Assembly: GCA_035524135.1 (NCBI GenBank)
Contig: DATKPM010000104.1
Coordinates: forward strand, 27,718-91,717
Length of the DNA stretch: 64,000 bases
Source of the DNA: Candidatus Acidiferrum sp.
Lineage (GTDB): Bacteria > Acidobacteriota > Terriglobia > Acidiferrales > UBA7541
Reading direction: 5' to 3'
The notes beneath the pieces were generated by a model, which had not been told where the DNA came from, did not search any database, and worked only from the letters and a program-made list of their open reading frames with translations. This document shows, piece after piece, positions 63,983 through 64,000 of this stretch. The stretch's first letter is position 1; each line of letters begins with the position of its first letter. The position numbers and the translations under genes were made by a program.

Positions 63983-64000
63983 CGCCTATGGAAGCTCCCA

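Overview
This is a GC-rich bacterial chromosomal segment, densely coding on both strands. I count about 62 credible protein genes and one tRNA-Phe(GAA). There is no rRNA, no transposase, integrase or phage gene, and no CRISPR array.

The content is mostly core functions:
- Central metabolism: IlvD/Edd dehydratase, PoxB-like TPP enzyme, ppc, aldehyde dehydrogenase.
- Cofactors: pdxR-pdxS-pdxT, XdhC/MocA, YgfZ.
- Assimilatory sulfate reduction: cysD-cysN-cysH-tauE.
- An archaeal-type polyamine module: pdaD, speB, deoxyhypusine-synthase-like.
- Cell cycle, envelope and RNA: ftsK, uppP, RNase J, rimI, two cyclophilins, M19 dipeptidase, a GT39-like glycosyltransferase.
- Signalling: five stand-alone PilZ proteins (three in tandem), a Ser/Thr kinase-PP2C-FHA operon, STAS, GAF, two MocR-type regulators and a MarR-GNAT fusion.

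The gene mix looks like a soil Acidobacteriota-type genome, but I cannot verify taxonomy here. Several ORF-track entries are N-terminally over-extended, and I give revised starts for those. Many long ORFs are antisense shadows of real genes.

The most interesting signal is not in the ORF track. In front of cysD there is a near-consensus promoter and an apparently leaderless 30-codon ORF carrying four Cys codons within five consecutive codons. These are followed by mutually exclusive antiterminator and terminator helices. Together they make a classic attenuator layout that would sense cysteine.

Other points of interest:
- A degenerate APS-kinase-like tail on CysN.
- A roughly 1.07 kb gene-free, strand-asymmetric spacer with REP-like hairpin repeats.
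- A 600 bp gene-free structured interval.
- Candidate operators for the two MocR regulators.
- An orphan nuoB.
- A stand-alone AmmeMemoRadiSam-type radical SAM gene.

All family assignments rest on motif recognition by eye. No database search was possible.
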